From Octopus sinensis (Eukaryota): a DNA stretch of 11,671 nt. The position numbers and the translations under genes were made by a program. Numbering within the stretch: the first letter of the stretch is position 1; each line of letters opens with the position of its first letter. Shown one piece after another: positions 10,885 through 11,671 of the stretch. The stretch spans positions 1 through 11,671 of the forward strand of contig NW_021826867.1 of NCBI RefSeq assembly GCF_006345805.1, read 5' to 3'. A model generated the notes under the pieces. The model was not told the origin of the DNA and did not search any database. It saw only the letters and a list, made by a program, of their open reading frames with translations.

Positions 10885-11007
10885 GATAGATCGATAGATA
10901 GTAGATAGATAGATAGATAGATAGTAGATAGATAGATAGATAGATAGATCGATAGATAGATAGATAGATAGATATATAGATAGATAGCAAGTATAGATAA
11001 TATTCAC

Positions 11008-11086
<79 letters not shown>

Positions 11087-11112
11087 TAGATAGATAGAAG
11101 ATGATAGATAGA
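10885..11112. repeat. Interrupted (GATA)n array
   Basis: GATA units with a ~25-bp interruption near 10986-11010. The tract abuts the 5' end of LINE copy A. Confidence 0.95.
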
Positions 11113-11360
11113 CTGTGTCGAGAGCTCTGCAATATTTTGGTAATTCATTTGCTTTATTCAAGTTACAAAAAACGCAAGCCCTTGTATTCAACAGAGAGGC
11201 CATCGTCTTGCACATGCGCAGCCACTTTTTCGACCAGTTCTTTGATCCCACGTATAATACCATTCTTGTCCTTCGAGCAGAAGAACTCCTTCACACCGAA
11301 GCCTCTGCTTTCCTCTCGGTCGATGAATCGTCGCGAATAAGGCAAAGAAGTTGCCAAAAT
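11113..11360 (-). mobile_element. Decayed mariner transposase C-terminal fragment plus putative 3' end
   Basis: Two frames combine to SRRFIDREE..VKEFFCSKDKN..RGIKELVEK/KWL..DDGLSVEY. This resembles the mariner C-terminal pattern FFxSKxxxxYxRGIxxLxERWxxxxxxDGxY, recognised from memory. Boundaries are approximate. Confidence 0.6.
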
Positions 11361-11560
11361 ATTACAAAAATTTTGGCTCAACACATTCTCTGTAACAGAA
11401 AAGTTCCAGAGACGACGAAAAGGAGGGAAGTGAAGATAGTCTGGAGAAACGTCTATGTGTTATCATAAGGCCATGCTTGCATATGTATATAACGTAGCGG
11501 GTATTTTTGAAGTCTGTGTGTGTAAGTGTGTTTGTTTGTACATACATATTATTCTTATAT

Positions 11561-11658
11561 AAGAATGTTGATAGTGACTTTGAAGTTTCGGCCAGCTAAG
11601 CCATCGTCGGACAATGGCTAAACCGTTGAAAACTTCGAAGTCACTAATCAACATTCTT
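11561..11658. repeat. 98-bp inverted repeat / hairpin
   Basis: 11561-11588 pairs with 11630-11658 (27 Watson-Crick pairs, one T-G, one bulged A). Inner pairs are CGG/CCG and AGCCAT/ATGGCT around a 9-nt loop. Confidence 0.9.
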
Positions 11659-11671
11659 GGGATCGTGGGGG

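Noticed and set aside
11561-11658. MITE interpretation of the inverted repeat
   Set aside because: There is no matching target-site duplication on the two sides (TATAT versus GGGAT).

Overview
This is a eukaryotic, gene-free window rich in microsatellites and transposons. The repeat landscape resembles octopus/cephalopod DNA, which is my inference and is not verified. The main feature is an apparently full-length L1/Tx1-type non-LTR retrotransposon on the minus strand (about 4619-10884). It has a CCHC-knuckle ORF1 and an ORF2 with AP-endonuclease, reverse transcriptase and C-terminal zinc finger, and both ORFs are broken by frameshifts. Two 5'-truncated copies from a related subfamily follow it head-to-tail (4296-4522 and 3449-4045). 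All six element junctions abut (GATA)n/(TATC)n in the same register, which suggests a GATA-microsatellite-targeting Tx1 family. The rest of the window holds a decayed Penelope-like RT/GIY-YIG fragment, two mariner transposase fragments, TA/CA microsatellites and an inverted repeat carrying hammerhead-ribozyme-like cores. I can support no host protein-coding or structural RNA gene.
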